Source of the DNA: Pseudonocardiaceae bacterium
GTDB lineage: Bacteria; Actinomycetota; Actinomycetes; Mycobacteriales; Pseudonocardiaceae
Direction of reading: 5' to 3'
Assembly (NCBI GenBank): GCA_035276605.1
Contig: DATELN010000126.1
Coordinates: forward strand, 641 to 64,640
DNA length: 64,000 bases
The translations under genes were made by a program, and so were the position numbers. The notes under the pieces are model-generated. The model ran no database searches. It worked only from the letters and a program-made list of their open reading frames with translations, and was not told the origin of the DNA. Shown one piece after another: positions 1 to 8,676 of the stretch; within the stretch, counting starts at the first letter, position 1; the number at the start of each line of letters is the position of its first letter.

Positions 1-179
1 ACAACGCGGTCAGCCTAGACGGGTAGCGTGAGATCAAACATCAACTAAGAGGTGGAGAACATCCCGCTAGCAGACTATACTCTTGAACTGCACTGATGCA
101 GTGATTGCAATCTGCGCCATCATCGCTCCTCCGATTCGCGCGCCACACCGCACCAGTCGATACAGCTGGAAGGAAAGCG

Positions 180-794
180 ATGACATGGAGCCGCGCTACG
201 GTTGGCCTGCTGCTGATGATGCTCCTCGCAACAGCGTGCGGCAACCCATCAAACTCACCCGGTTGGCTCGTTACTACCTACTACACAGCCGTCGAATCAT
301 TGCACAGTGGACCATTCACCCGTGTAATCGGCTGTCTCCGACTCGACTGCCAGAATGGGCATGACGATCTTGGCTACTACCCGGCTGATTTCGTGCGCGC
401 CGTGCATGACGAGGGCACCGGTCGAATCACTAACGGCCGGTACGCGGGCATGTATCTGAACTGGTCCGCGGGCGTCGGCTATTGGCTCGACACCGCGGCA
501 AGGGACGCATACGGCCATCCGCTGCAGAGGTTTCGCACTGCCGCGGCGGATGGCTTGGCTAAGGGCACTGCTGTTCGGTTAAGCAGCTGCGGCTATGTTG
601 ACAATGGAAAGCCACCGGCTACCGAGGTATGCGCGCGGCTGCGGGCCCCGACATGGGTCATCAACGACTCCTTCACACCTGGGTCGGGCGGGAGCTATCA
701 CATCGACCTGTACATCGGCGAGGAGACCGGGTCCGGCATCCGCTCAAGCCCCTTGTACACCACCTTGCATAATGCCGTCCTCAGCATCGGCTGA
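180..794 (+). CDS. secreted lipoprotein with C-terminal 3D (MltA/RlpA-like) domain
   Basis: ORF 105..794. The internal ATG at 180 gives a signal peptide plus lipobox (LLATAC-G). The C-terminal ...GSGGSYHIDLYIGEE... resembles 3D-domain proteins. Confidence 0.65.
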   Translation: MTWSRATVGLLLMMLLATACGNPSNSPGWLVTTYYTAVESLHSGPFTRVIGCLRLDCQNGHDDLGYYPADFVRAVHDEGTGRITNGRYAGMYLNWSAGVGYWLDTAARDAYGHPLQRFRTAAADGLAKGTAVRLSSCGYVDNGKPPATEVCARLRAPTWVINDSFTPGSGGSYHIDLYIGEETGSGIRSSPLYTTLHNAVLSIG

Positions 795-872
795 TACGGC
801 GACCCAATATCGCCAGCTACCGGTCGGTCACGACCGGACTAAGATCCGCGTCGACGGGGCAAAACGTTTAGG

Positions 873-1397
873 TTACTGCCGCAATTCAAAGGGCGGAGGC
901 GACGCAGCACGTCCTACCGACATGCCCAGGGCTTCCACCATGTCGTCGACGGTGATGGCTTGGGCGTCCCGGTGCATGGCCAGTTTCCGCCGGGCGAGCT
1001 CAGTAGCCAGCTGCTGCTGATGGTCGTCAACCTGCTCACCACGGGCCGGATCCCGGACAGCCAGGATCGGGTAGCGGCCGGCGTTGAGCGCGGCCAGCGC
1101 CGACCCGGTGCCGGCGTGGCTGATCACGATGTCCGCTTTGGCGAGCGCAGCGCCCAACTCAGCCGCCGGTAGTGCTGGTGTGGCCTGGATGGGGAGATCG
1201 TCCACCGGGGTGTCCGCGGTCTGCCACAGCACCTCCACCTGAAGCCCGGTCGCCTGAGCTAGCGCGCCTTCCGGCGTAAGCAGCGGCACCAAGTGCTCGA
1301 ACAACCGCCGGAACGGATATTGAGTGGCCGCCCCCACGGTGACCACGACCTGGATCACCGCATCGGGCTCCCGGGCCACGGCGGCGGCCGCCACCAC
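873..1397 (-). CDS. truncated paralog of the glycosyltransferase at 5882..6856: C-terminal Glyco_tran_28_C/Alg13-like half only, reading frame intact
   Basis: The 174-aa ORF is about 95% identical in protein to residues ~158-324 of ORF 5882..6856. The DNA is roughly 90% identical with mostly synonymous differences. The GTG start lies exactly at the duplication junction and no clear RBS is present. Confidence 0.5.
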   Translation of the reverse strand: MVAAAAVAREPDAVIQVVVTVGAATQYPFRRLFEHLVPLLTPEGALAQATGLQVEVLWQTADTPVDDLPIQATPALPAAELGAALAKADIVISHAGTGSALAALNAGRYPILAVRDPARGEQVDDHQQQLATELARRKLAMHRDAQAITVDDMVEALGMSVGRAASPPPFELRQ

Positions 1398-1491
1398 ATC
1401 GACTTGTATCTCGGCGAGGAGACTGCACTGGGTATCAGCCGCAATCCGCTCTATACCACGCTGCGTGGCGTGGTGCTTTTATATCGGCTGA
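1395..1491 (+). pseudogene. relic of the last ~30 codons of the 3D-domain lipoprotein gene
   Basis: HIDLYLGEETALGISRNPLYTTLRGVV matches HIDLYIGEETGSGIRSSPLYTTLHNAV at the end of 180..794. A 1-nt indel lies before the old stop codon. The relic abuts the duplicated glycosyltransferase fragment. Confidence 0.6.
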
Positions 1492-1721
1492 GCAGCGGTC
1501 GACCAAATGGTGCAACGCGGTCGACTGCCGCTACCCCATCTGCCGTAGCAAAGCTTTTTCATACCTTTTGTTAATCTGAAATTCCTTCAATGATAGCCCA
1601 TGTCGTGCAATATCGCCGGCTAACGGAACCGCATGACTCGCCGATTGTCCCAGTGTCACCGTCCACTGGAATCGAGGCGATCACGGTTGGGTGACTGCCC
1701 CAGTGAAAGGGAAGTTCCGCC

Positions 1722-2636
1722 ATGACCGTCTCCTTATTCGCGATTTTTGCCGTGGTGTTCGCGTTGGTCGCGCTCGTGATAATGCTCGACCTGCTGCGTA
1801 TCACCCGACGATTGCGTCATGCCGGCGCGACCCGCGCTGTAGTTGTCGCCACAGCTGTGATCGTGGCGATCATCGACATGTACCGCGCCGCACTGCCCGA
1901 CGCGGTCGCAGGACCCTTCCAGATAGCCACACTGACACTAAATATGGTGGCCCTTGCCGGCATCCCGCTCCTGCTCGACGCCCAGCGAATTACTCCCCGC
2001 ACCACACGCTTGCCCCGGCGCATCCTCGCAATCGGAGCCCATCCCGACGATCTGGAAATTGCTTGCGGAGGCACGCTGGCGAAGTTCGTGGACTCTGGTC
2101 ATGAGGTGCATGGCCTGGTGATGTCCGGTGGTGGGAGGGGCGGCGACGGCTGCGCCCGGCCTGGCGAGGCGCTGGCGGCCGCACAATTCATGCGGCTGAC
2201 CAGTCTCAGTGTGCTCGGGCTGCCAGATACGGAGCTGCCTGCTCACCAACGGACGATGATCGAGGCGATTGAGACAACGCTGTCCCGGCTCAATGCCGAC
2301 ATCGTACTGACTCATTCGATCAATGATGTCCATCAAGACCATCAAGCGGTGTACCTGGCGACGATGCGTGCCGCGCGCAATCATCCCGCAATCTTGTCTT
2401 ACGAAAGCCCGTCGGCGAACGAGCAATTCATGCCCCGCTGGTTCGTCGATATCGACCAGTACTTCGACGTCAAGGCCACTGCTGTTTCGGCGCATAGAGA
2501 TCAGGCGGGCAAGTCGTACTTATCCAAGAAGCACATGAAGGCGGTAGCGGTTGTCCGCGGCGCGCAGGCGAGGACTCGCTACGCCGAAGGCTTCGAGGTT
2601 GTCCGCTTGCTTGATACCCGCGCCGCCGACCTGTGA
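1722..2636 (+). CDS. PIG-L/LmbE-family de-N-acetylase with ~3 N-terminal transmembrane helices
   Basis: ILAIGAHPDDLEIACGG motif plus HSINDVHQDH. The N-terminal ~90 aa are hydrophobic. RBS AAGGGAAG lies upstream of the ATG at 1722. Confidence 0.8.
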   Translation: MTVSLFAIFAVVFALVALVIMLDLLRITRRLRHAGATRAVVVATAVIVAIIDMYRAALPDAVAGPFQIATLTLNMVALAGIPLLLDAQRITPRTTRLPRRILAIGAHPDDLEIACGGTLAKFVDSGHEVHGLVMSGGGRGGDGCARPGEALAAAQFMRLTSLSVLGLPDTELPAHQRTMIEAIETTLSRLNADIVLTHSINDVHQDHQAVYLATMRAARNHPAILSYESPSANEQFMPRWFVDIDQYFDVKATAVSAHRDQAGKSYLSKKHMKAVAVVRGAQARTRYAEGFEVVRLLDTRAADL

Positions 2637-3487
2637 GTGCCGCCAGGGTCCTCGTCACGGGCGTCGGTGGTCCCGCTGGCCGTAGCCTGTACACCCAGCT
2701 TGGCCAGCGCGGCATCGACGTGATCGCGGCCGACATGGCCGCGATCGAGCTGCCCAGCGCGCATCGGATACCGCCTGCAACCGAGCCCTCGTTCGCCGCC
2801 AAACTGGCAGCATTGGCTCACTGGGAACGGGCCGACCTAGTCGTGCCGACGGTCACAGAAGAGCTCGATGTGCTGGCGCAGCCAGGGCAATGGGCAGGTC
2901 CGCCCATTGTTCTCGCACCATGGACGGCGGTACGGCTCGCCGCAGATAAGTACCTGACGTGCATAGAGCTTGAACGCGCCGGTATCGCCGTACCCCGTTT
3001 CGCGCTGCCGTCAACGTTGGGCAAAAGATGGCTTGGTACACGTTATCTCAGTAAACCACGGATTAGCCGGGGTAGCCGCGGCATTGCCATCCATAACGGC
3101 TACGACAAATGCGGCCTTGACGATCGGTGGGTATTGCAGGAATACCTGCCGGGACGCGAGTACGCACCCAATGTCTACTTACACGCCGATCCACAACGCG
3201 ATGTCGTCATCGTGCTGGAAAAGACCGCGTGCAGCCACGGTGACTACGGCAATGCGACGAGCGTAATCCGGAAACACAACGCCGCGGTGGCTTCCCTCGC
3301 GCGGGCGTCAGCACGGGCACTCGGATTGCGGGGACCCGCTGACATTGATATTCGGTACAACGCCGACGGAGTTCCTGCCGTACTCGAAATCAATGCGCGG
3401 TTCGGAGCGAACTCCGCGCATGCCCCTGAGATTGTCGACGCACTGCTCGACGAGTGGTTGCCGCAGTTGCGCAGCGAGGTCGCATGA
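2633..3487 (+). CDS. ATP-grasp domain ligase
   Basis: The GTG start overlaps the upstream stop (GTGA). Motifs: LSKPRISRGSRGI, LQEYLPGREY, DGVPAVLEINARFG. Confidence 0.7.
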   Translation: MSAARVLVTGVGGPAGRSLYTQLGQRGIDVIAADMAAIELPSAHRIPPATEPSFAAKLAALAHWERADLVVPTVTEELDVLAQPGQWAGPPIVLAPWTAVRLAADKYLTCIELERAGIAVPRFALPSTLGKRWLGTRYLSKPRISRGSRGIAIHNGYDKCGLDDRWVLQEYLPGREYAPNVYLHADPQRDVVIVLEKTACSHGDYGNATSVIRKHNAAVASLARASARALGLRGPADIDIRYNADGVPAVLEINARFGANSAHAPEIVDALLDEWLPQLRSEVA

Positions 3488-4719
3488 CGAACGCCGCCGC
3501 TGCGACATTCTTCGCGATGAGCATGCCTATCTTCGTGCTCGGGCTGCTGCGACTGGTCTACTTCCCACTAGCGGTGGCTTTCGAACTACGTCCGGGGCGA
3601 AACATGGTTTTCAACAGCTCTGTGCCACTGGTGACAGTGGTGGTTCCAGCTTTCAACGAGGGTCGAGTCCTGCGCAATTGTGTGGACTCAATCTTGGCGT
3701 CGACCTACCGAACGATCGAAATCGTCCTTGTCGATGATGGCTCCACCGACGATACGCTGGCCGTGATGCGCTGCTACGCGGACCATCCAGCGGTGACTGT
3801 GCTTACCCGGCCGAACGGGGGTAAGGGCGCCGCCCTCAACGCCGGTATCGCCGTGGCCAAGGGCGAAATCGTTCTACTGGTCGACGCGGATGGGATTTTC
3901 ACCGCAACCACGGTTGTCGACATTCTTCGAGGCTTCGACGGACCGCGAGTAGGCGCAGTGTGCGGCAACGACACGCCAGTGAACCTGGACCGCTTGCAGA
4001 CTCGCCTGCTCGCTGTACTCACCCATACCGGGACGGGTTTCGTCCGCCGAGCGCTTGCGCTCATCGGCTGCCTACCGATCGTGTCAGGCAATCTCGGTGC
4101 ATTTCGCAAGTCAGTCCTCGATGAGGTCGGCGGCCTGCGGGAAGACATCGTCGGAGAGGATCTCGAGCTCACCTGGCGGATTCGCCGCGCGGGCTACTCG
4201 GTCAGCTTCCGCCCCGACGCGAAGGTCTACGCGGAAGTACCCTCCACCGTCCGGGGATTGTGGCGTCAGCGGATTCGCTGGAGCCGCGGCTTCATTCAAA
4301 CCGTACGGCTACACCGGGACCTGCTCTTCCGCCCGCGTTACGGCCTTTTCGGCTGTTGGCTGCCGATCAATGTGACTTCTATGCTCGTCGTTCCGGTGTT
4401 GCAGGTGGCAGCTCTGCTGCTGGTGCCGGTGCTGGCCGCGACGACTAACTCGCCGGTGCCCCCTTCGGTGCTGGGTGCGCTCGGCTGGCTTGGGCTTGTC
4501 GTCGGCGTGATCACCGCATTTTGTGCGATCCTGCTGGACCGCGCGTACGCCGACCTGCGTCTGCTTTATGTGGTTCCGTTGTGGGTGGTCTACTCGGCGC
4601 TCCTTTCGCTCGTGGTGGTGGTTGCGCTTTGGCAGGAGATCCGGGGCAGCGAAGCGCGCTGGAACAAGCTGGCCCGTACGGGCGTCGTCAGTCGTGACGG
4701 ACTGGCGCAGGGCGGTTGA
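3484..4719 (+). CDS. processive family-2 glycosyltransferase, PgaC/IcaA-like, with C-terminal TM helices
   Basis: ATGA overlap with the upstream stop. Motifs: VVVPAFNE, VDDGSTDDT, LLVDADG, GEDLELTWRIRRAGY, QRIRWSRG. Four or more C-terminal TM segments. Confidence 0.85.
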   Translation: MTNAAAATFFAMSMPIFVLGLLRLVYFPLAVAFELRPGRNMVFNSSVPLVTVVVPAFNEGRVLRNCVDSILASTYRTIEIVLVDDGSTDDTLAVMRCYADHPAVTVLTRPNGGKGAALNAGIAVAKGEIVLLVDADGIFTATTVVDILRGFDGPRVGAVCGNDTPVNLDRLQTRLLAVLTHTGTGFVRRALALIGCLPIVSGNLGAFRKSVLDEVGGLREDIVGEDLELTWRIRRAGYSVSFRPDAKVYAEVPSTVRGLWRQRIRWSRGFIQTVRLHRDLLFRPRYGLFGCWLPINVTSMLVVPVLQVAALLLVPVLAATTNSPVPPSVLGALGWLGLVVGVITAFCAILLDRAYADLRLLYVVPLWVVYSALLSLVVVVALWQEIRGSEARWNKLARTGVVSRDGLAQGG

Positions 4720-4720
4720 C

Positions 4721-5854
4721 GTGTGCCCCAGCGTGCTGCTTCCGGCGTATCTGCTGGTGCTGTCTCTGCTCACAGGTCAGCTGTTCACGCAGATCTCGTG
4801 CGATCCGCCCGAACGGGAACCGTGTTCGGCGCCGGTCGCCGCCGCACCGGCTGGACGTGCTCCACTGCGCGCCGTCAGCCTGGGATTTGACGACGTACAG
4901 CGCACCCCGGAGCAACTCGCCGGCCTCGATACCCAGATGTCGCGCAGCGGAGTCACGGCCGTTGGGGTGAGCGCCGGTCGGGCGGATTGGACGACATTCC
5001 CGTGGCCGGCCGCGCCGGATGCCTGGTCGGCCCCCGTACGCGCCGACGGACACGATTTGTTCGGCGACGCCATCCGAGTGCTAGGGGCTGGCAAGTACAC
5101 CTCGGCCGTCGTGGACGTCTTCGCTGAGCGTTATCTTGCTGCCCACCCCGACCTCGCTGCGCGCGATAGCAGCGGCCAGCGGGTGCCATATCAGGCCAGC
5201 ACGGTCGAGCTTGTGAATGGTGAGTTAGGCCGGCGGCTGCTCGCAATGATCGACTATCTAGCTCGGACGTACCCGATCGACTCAGTGGATCTCACTGAGC
5301 TGCAGTACCACTCAGAGGGATTCGGGGAGGACGACAAGCAGGCCTATCTCGCGGCCACGGGTCACAGTGACTGGCCTCGGGACTCCAGTGGCGCCATTGC
5401 CGTTGATGACCCATCGATTGGGCGGTGGCGCTCAGGGCTGATTGCGGATTTTGTTCGCCGAGCTGCGGACATCGTGCACGCTCAGCACAAGGAGCTCATT
5501 GTTGACGTTCGAGTCTCGCGCGATGATCCCAGTCGCGATGGCGAGGAGAACGGCCAGTGCTATCGGGCGCTGCTCGTTCATGCCGATCGGCTTCTGGTAT
5601 GGAATTATTTCGGCTTGGCGTCCGGTTCACCGGAGGACACCCGCAAACTTGCCAAACACCTGTCTCAGCTAGGACGCGGCCGATTCATCATGAGTATCGG
5701 GCTGTGGGGACCTGACAACAGTGTAGTCGGCCCGGACGACCTCACCATCGCGCTACGTAGCTCAGAGCGGGGCGGAGTTCCGGATGAATGGGTGACACCC
5801 TACGGCCTCATGACCGACGTCCACTGGAAGGCACTCGCCTTCAACTGGACGTGA
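4721..5854 (+). CDS. exported or membrane-anchored protein, possibly a TIM-barrel glycoside-hydrolase-like (GHL) fold
   Basis: The GTG at 4721 lies 1 nt after the GT2 stop codon. N-terminal hydrophobic segment (VLLPAYLLVLSLL). ...YPIDSVDLTELQYHSEGFG... resembles GHL-type families. The functional call is weak. Confidence 0.55.
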   Translation: MCPSVLLPAYLLVLSLLTGQLFTQISCDPPEREPCSAPVAAAPAGRAPLRAVSLGFDDVQRTPEQLAGLDTQMSRSGVTAVGVSAGRADWTTFPWPAAPDAWSAPVRADGHDLFGDAIRVLGAGKYTSAVVDVFAERYLAAHPDLAARDSSGQRVPYQASTVELVNGELGRRLLAMIDYLARTYPIDSVDLTELQYHSEGFGEDDKQAYLAATGHSDWPRDSSGAIAVDDPSIGRWRSGLIADFVRRAADIVHAQHKELIVDVRVSRDDPSRDGEENGQCYRALLVHADRLLVWNYFGLASGSPEDTRKLAKHLSQLGRGRFIMSIGLWGPDNSVVGPDDLTIALRSSERGGVPDEWVTPYGLMTDVHWKALAFNWT

Positions 5855-5881
5855 CCGGTGAGTTGGTCACGCATTGCAACG

Positions 5882-6856
5882 CTAATGGCGTAGTTCCAAA
5901 GGCGGAGGCGAGGCGGTGCGTCGCACCGACATGCCCAGCGCCTCCACCATGTCGTCGACGGTGATGGCTTGGGCGTCGCGCTGCATCGCCAGCTTGCGCC
6001 GAGCAAGTTCGGTAGCCAACTGCTGCTGATGGTCGTCGACCTGCTCACCACGGGCCGGGTCTCGGACGGCCAGGATCGGGTAGCGGCCGGCGTTGAGCGC
6101 GGCCAGCGCCGATCCGGTGCCGGCGTGGCTGATCACGATGTCCGCCTTGGCGAGTGCGGCGCCCAACTCAGCCGCCGGCAGTGCTGGCGTGGCTCGAATG
6201 GGCAGATCATCCACGGGGGTATCCGCGGTCTGCCACAGCACTTCCACCTGAAGCCCCGTCGCTCGGGCCAGTTCCCCTTCGGGTGCCAGCAACGGCACGA
6301 GGTGCTCGAACAACCGGCGGAACGGATACTGGGTGGCCGCCCCCACGGTGACCACGACCTGGATCACCGCATCGGGCTCCCGGGCCACGGCGGCGGATTC
6401 ATAGCCGTCGAACACGCTGCCGGCGTACTGCCAGCGCTCATCCGCCCAGCTCGGATACTGGGTGTAGGTGCGCACGCCCGGCACCCGCTGGAGGACCCGT
6501 CCGGTTACCGACGGCCCGCTCACCCGCGTGGCGCTCTCGATGTAATGGCACTCCACGCCCCGGGCCGCCAGGTAGGGCAAATAACCCAGCGCGATCCCGG
6601 ATCCGGTTGACACCGCTCTGGTCAGCTTCCGGCGCGCTAGCAGGCGATGCGCGTTAGGGATGCACCGCAGCACATCGGGCACGCTGCGCACGCCGACGTA
6701 GGGCACGAACTCCACGTCCCGATCCGCCAGCATTGACCGGCTCTGCTCATTCGCATGAGTGACCCATACTTCGCCGCCGTTGGGCGGGATACGGCTCGCC
6801 AGGCTGTCGAGCTGCGTCAAGTGCCCACCTGTCGTGGCGACAAAAAGCGTGGTCAT
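5882..6856 (-). CDS. glycosyltransferase, fused Alg14-like N-terminal and Alg13/GT28-C-like C-terminal halves
   Basis: N-terminus MTTLFVATTGGHLTQL. C-terminal half reads ...IVISHAGTGSALAALNAGRYPILAVR...DDHQQQLA. Confidence 0.75.
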   Translation of the reverse strand: MTTLFVATTGGHLTQLDSLASRIPPNGGEVWVTHANEQSRSMLADRDVEFVPYVGVRSVPDVLRCIPNAHRLLARRKLTRAVSTGSGIALGYLPYLAARGVECHYIESATRVSGPSVTGRVLQRVPGVRTYTQYPSWADERWQYAGSVFDGYESAAVAREPDAVIQVVVTVGAATQYPFRRLFEHLVPLLAPEGELARATGLQVEVLWQTADTPVDDLPIRATPALPAAELGAALAKADIVISHAGTGSALAALNAGRYPILAVRDPARGEQVDDHQQQLATELARRKLAMQRDAQAITVDDMVEALGMSVRRTASPPPLELRH

Positions 6857-6984
6857 CGAGAATTACCCCTGTTCACCCTTGAGCACTCACTGCGACGAAC
6901 TGAATCCGCAGAGTCACAGTACTCCTCCAACGCGTTATCTGACATATCGCGCCGAGGCCAAAGAGGAGAACGTGCACACCACCA

Positions 6985-7050
6985 CGACACACTGTGCACG
7001 AGAGCGCGACACGCGGGGCACGGCGGCGCGACACGCCGGGCGGAGGTGGG
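6985..7050 (+). repeat. 66-bp element made of three tandem 22-nt units (copy A)
   Basis: cgacacactgtgcacgagagcg / cgacacgcggggcacggcggcg / cgacacgccgggcggaggtggg. It lies in the divergent spacer between 5882..6856 and the FemAB-like gene. Confidence 0.8.
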
Positions 7051-7068
7051 GAAGGTACGGTCGGCGGC

Positions 7069-8121
7069 GTGAACGAGGCAGAGGGGGAGACCGTACTCAT
7101 TGATCCGCGTTGTGATCCGCGGTGGCGGGAGCTGGCGTTGGGGCCGCACGGGAGCGTGTTCACCTCGCCGCTGTGGATTGATGCGGTGTGTGGCACGTAC
7201 GGGTTCACGCCGGTCGCCAGTGTCCGGCTGGACTGGGACGGCACGCCGCGGGCTGGGCTGGCGTGGGTGCCGATCAGTGACATACGCGGTGACCGGTTGT
7301 CCAGCTTGCCGTTCTCGGACCGGGCCGAGCCGCTGACCGACGACCCCACGGACTGGAAAGCCCTCGCCGACACCGTCATTACCAGCACCGCACCGCTCAC
7401 GCTGCGCTGTTTTGATACCGCAGTAGCCGTCGCCGATCCCCGCTTCCGCCAGGTCGGTGAAGCGGCATGGCACGGTACGCCCCTGGACTCAGACATCGAC
7501 GAGATTCGGCGGCGGCTGTCCCAGCACGCCCGCCGCAACATCACCATCGCCGAACGGGAAGGCGTGCGAGTCGAGGCGCGCACCGATCGCGACGCCGTGC
7601 ACCGCTTCCACGAGCTGCATGTCCTGCTGCGCAAGCGCAAGTACCAGCTGCTGGCCCAACCCGTCGAGCTGTTCGACCACATCTGGGACGCCTTCGCACC
7701 GAACGACGCCATCGTCACGATGCTGGCCCACGCCGGAGACGAACTGATCGCCGGCGCGGTATTCCTCACCTGGCACAACACCCTCTACTACAAATTCGGG
7801 GCCTCCCGCCACGAACACCTGGCCAGGCGACCGAACGACGCGATCTTCTGGGCTGGTATCCGCTGGGGCATCCAACAAGGCGCGCACCTAGTCGACTGGG
7901 GGCTGTCTGACCTCGATCAGCCTGGCCTGATCGCCTATAAGCGCAAGTGGGCGACCGAAGAAAAGCGGATCGTCACCCTGCGCGCCGGCGGTGAGCACGC
8001 CCGCAGCAACCCACAGGCCGGCCAGATGCTCGGTAGGCTCACCGAACTGCTCACCGCCGAATCGGTTCCGGATGACGTGACGCAGCAGGCCGGTGCGCTG
8101 CTATATCGCTACTTCTGCTGA
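7069..8121 (+). CDS. FemAB-like / GNAT-fold acyl(aminoacyl)transferase
   Basis: ORF 6994..8121. The GTG at 7069 was chosen because it lies downstream of the repeat; the start is uncertain. DPRWRELALGPHGSVFTSPLWIDAV and the overall length (~350 aa) are typical of FemAB/CelD-like proteins in EPS loci. Confidence 0.65.
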   Translation: MNEAEGETVLIDPRCDPRWRELALGPHGSVFTSPLWIDAVCGTYGFTPVASVRLDWDGTPRAGLAWVPISDIRGDRLSSLPFSDRAEPLTDDPTDWKALADTVITSTAPLTLRCFDTAVAVADPRFRQVGEAAWHGTPLDSDIDEIRRRLSQHARRNITIAEREGVRVEARTDRDAVHRFHELHVLLRKRKYQLLAQPVELFDHIWDAFAPNDAIVTMLAHAGDELIAGAVFLTWHNTLYYKFGASRHEHLARRPNDAIFWAGIRWGIQQGAHLVDWGLSDLDQPGLIAYKRKWATEEKRIVTLRAGGEHARSNPQAGQMLGRLTELLTAESVPDDVTQQAGALLYRYFC

Positions 8122-8644
8122 ACGGCTGCCGAGGGGCTGTGGCCGAGCGTCCGCGCGGCGTCTTACCCCACGGTTTGACCACCGACAAACCGGTCGCCAC
8201 CAACAACAACGCCAGCGCAGCCGCTCTGCCGATCAGCAACTGCATCCCGACTGGCTCGGCATCCCCGATGATGATCTGGTGCAGTCGGGGCAGCATCACC
8301 ACCAACCCGGCTGCCGTCAACACCCCGGCTATCCCGCACTTGATGATGACCCACCAGTACCGCACCAGACCCCAGGGTGTGGACAGCGCCAACACCAGCC
8401 CACTGAGCAGCGAGGCCGCCACTACCGGAACCAGTACCCATACGACGAGTGCAGCCATGGCAGCGGCTATCCCGGCCCGCTCACTAGGATCACCAGTGCC
8501 CAGGCCGGTCACTTCCAACGCCACCAGTGCACCGTCGAGCCCGAGCCACCCCACCGACACTGTGATGTGCGCGGTAAGTAGCGCACTGCGGGCCCGACGC
8601 GTAAGTCGGGGAATCGCGAAACTGGTCGTAGCGACTGCAGTCAA
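8051..8644 (-). CDS. integral membrane protein, unknown function
   Basis: Four to five hydrophobic helices. It is the last gene of the minus-strand EPS operon. The 3' end overlaps the convergent gene by ~70 nt. Confidence 0.5.
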   Translation of the reverse strand: MTAVATTSFAIPRLTRRARSALLTAHITVSVGWLGLDGALVALEVTGLGTGDPSERAGIAAAMAALVVWVLVPVVAASLLSGLVLALSTPWGLVRYWWVIIKCGIAGVLTAAGLVVMLPRLHQIIIGDAEPVGMQLLIGRAAALALLLVATGLSVVKPWGKTPRGRSATAPRQPFSRSSDIAAHRPAASRHPEPIRR

Positions 8645-8676
8645 GGCTGCCCCCCAAGCTGCCTAATACCAATCGG

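Noticed and set aside
4523-4720. Long N-terminal extension of ORF 4523..5854
   Set aside because: It overlaps the 3' end of the GT2 gene in another frame. The GTG at 4721, immediately after the GT2 stop, gives a sensible signal/anchor sequence.
6985-7050. Possible CRISPR array (22-nt direct repeats)
   Set aside because: The units are directly adjacent with no spacers, there are only three per locus, no cas genes are nearby, and the same structure recurs at two other loci. It is a dispersed tandem-repeat element, not a CRISPR array.
8051-8121. 70-nt convergent overlap between the FemAB-like gene and the membrane-protein gene as a regulatory antisense feature
   Set aside because: It is more likely that one 3' end is mis-extended by the lack of stop codons in GC-rich sequence. 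There is no independent evidence.
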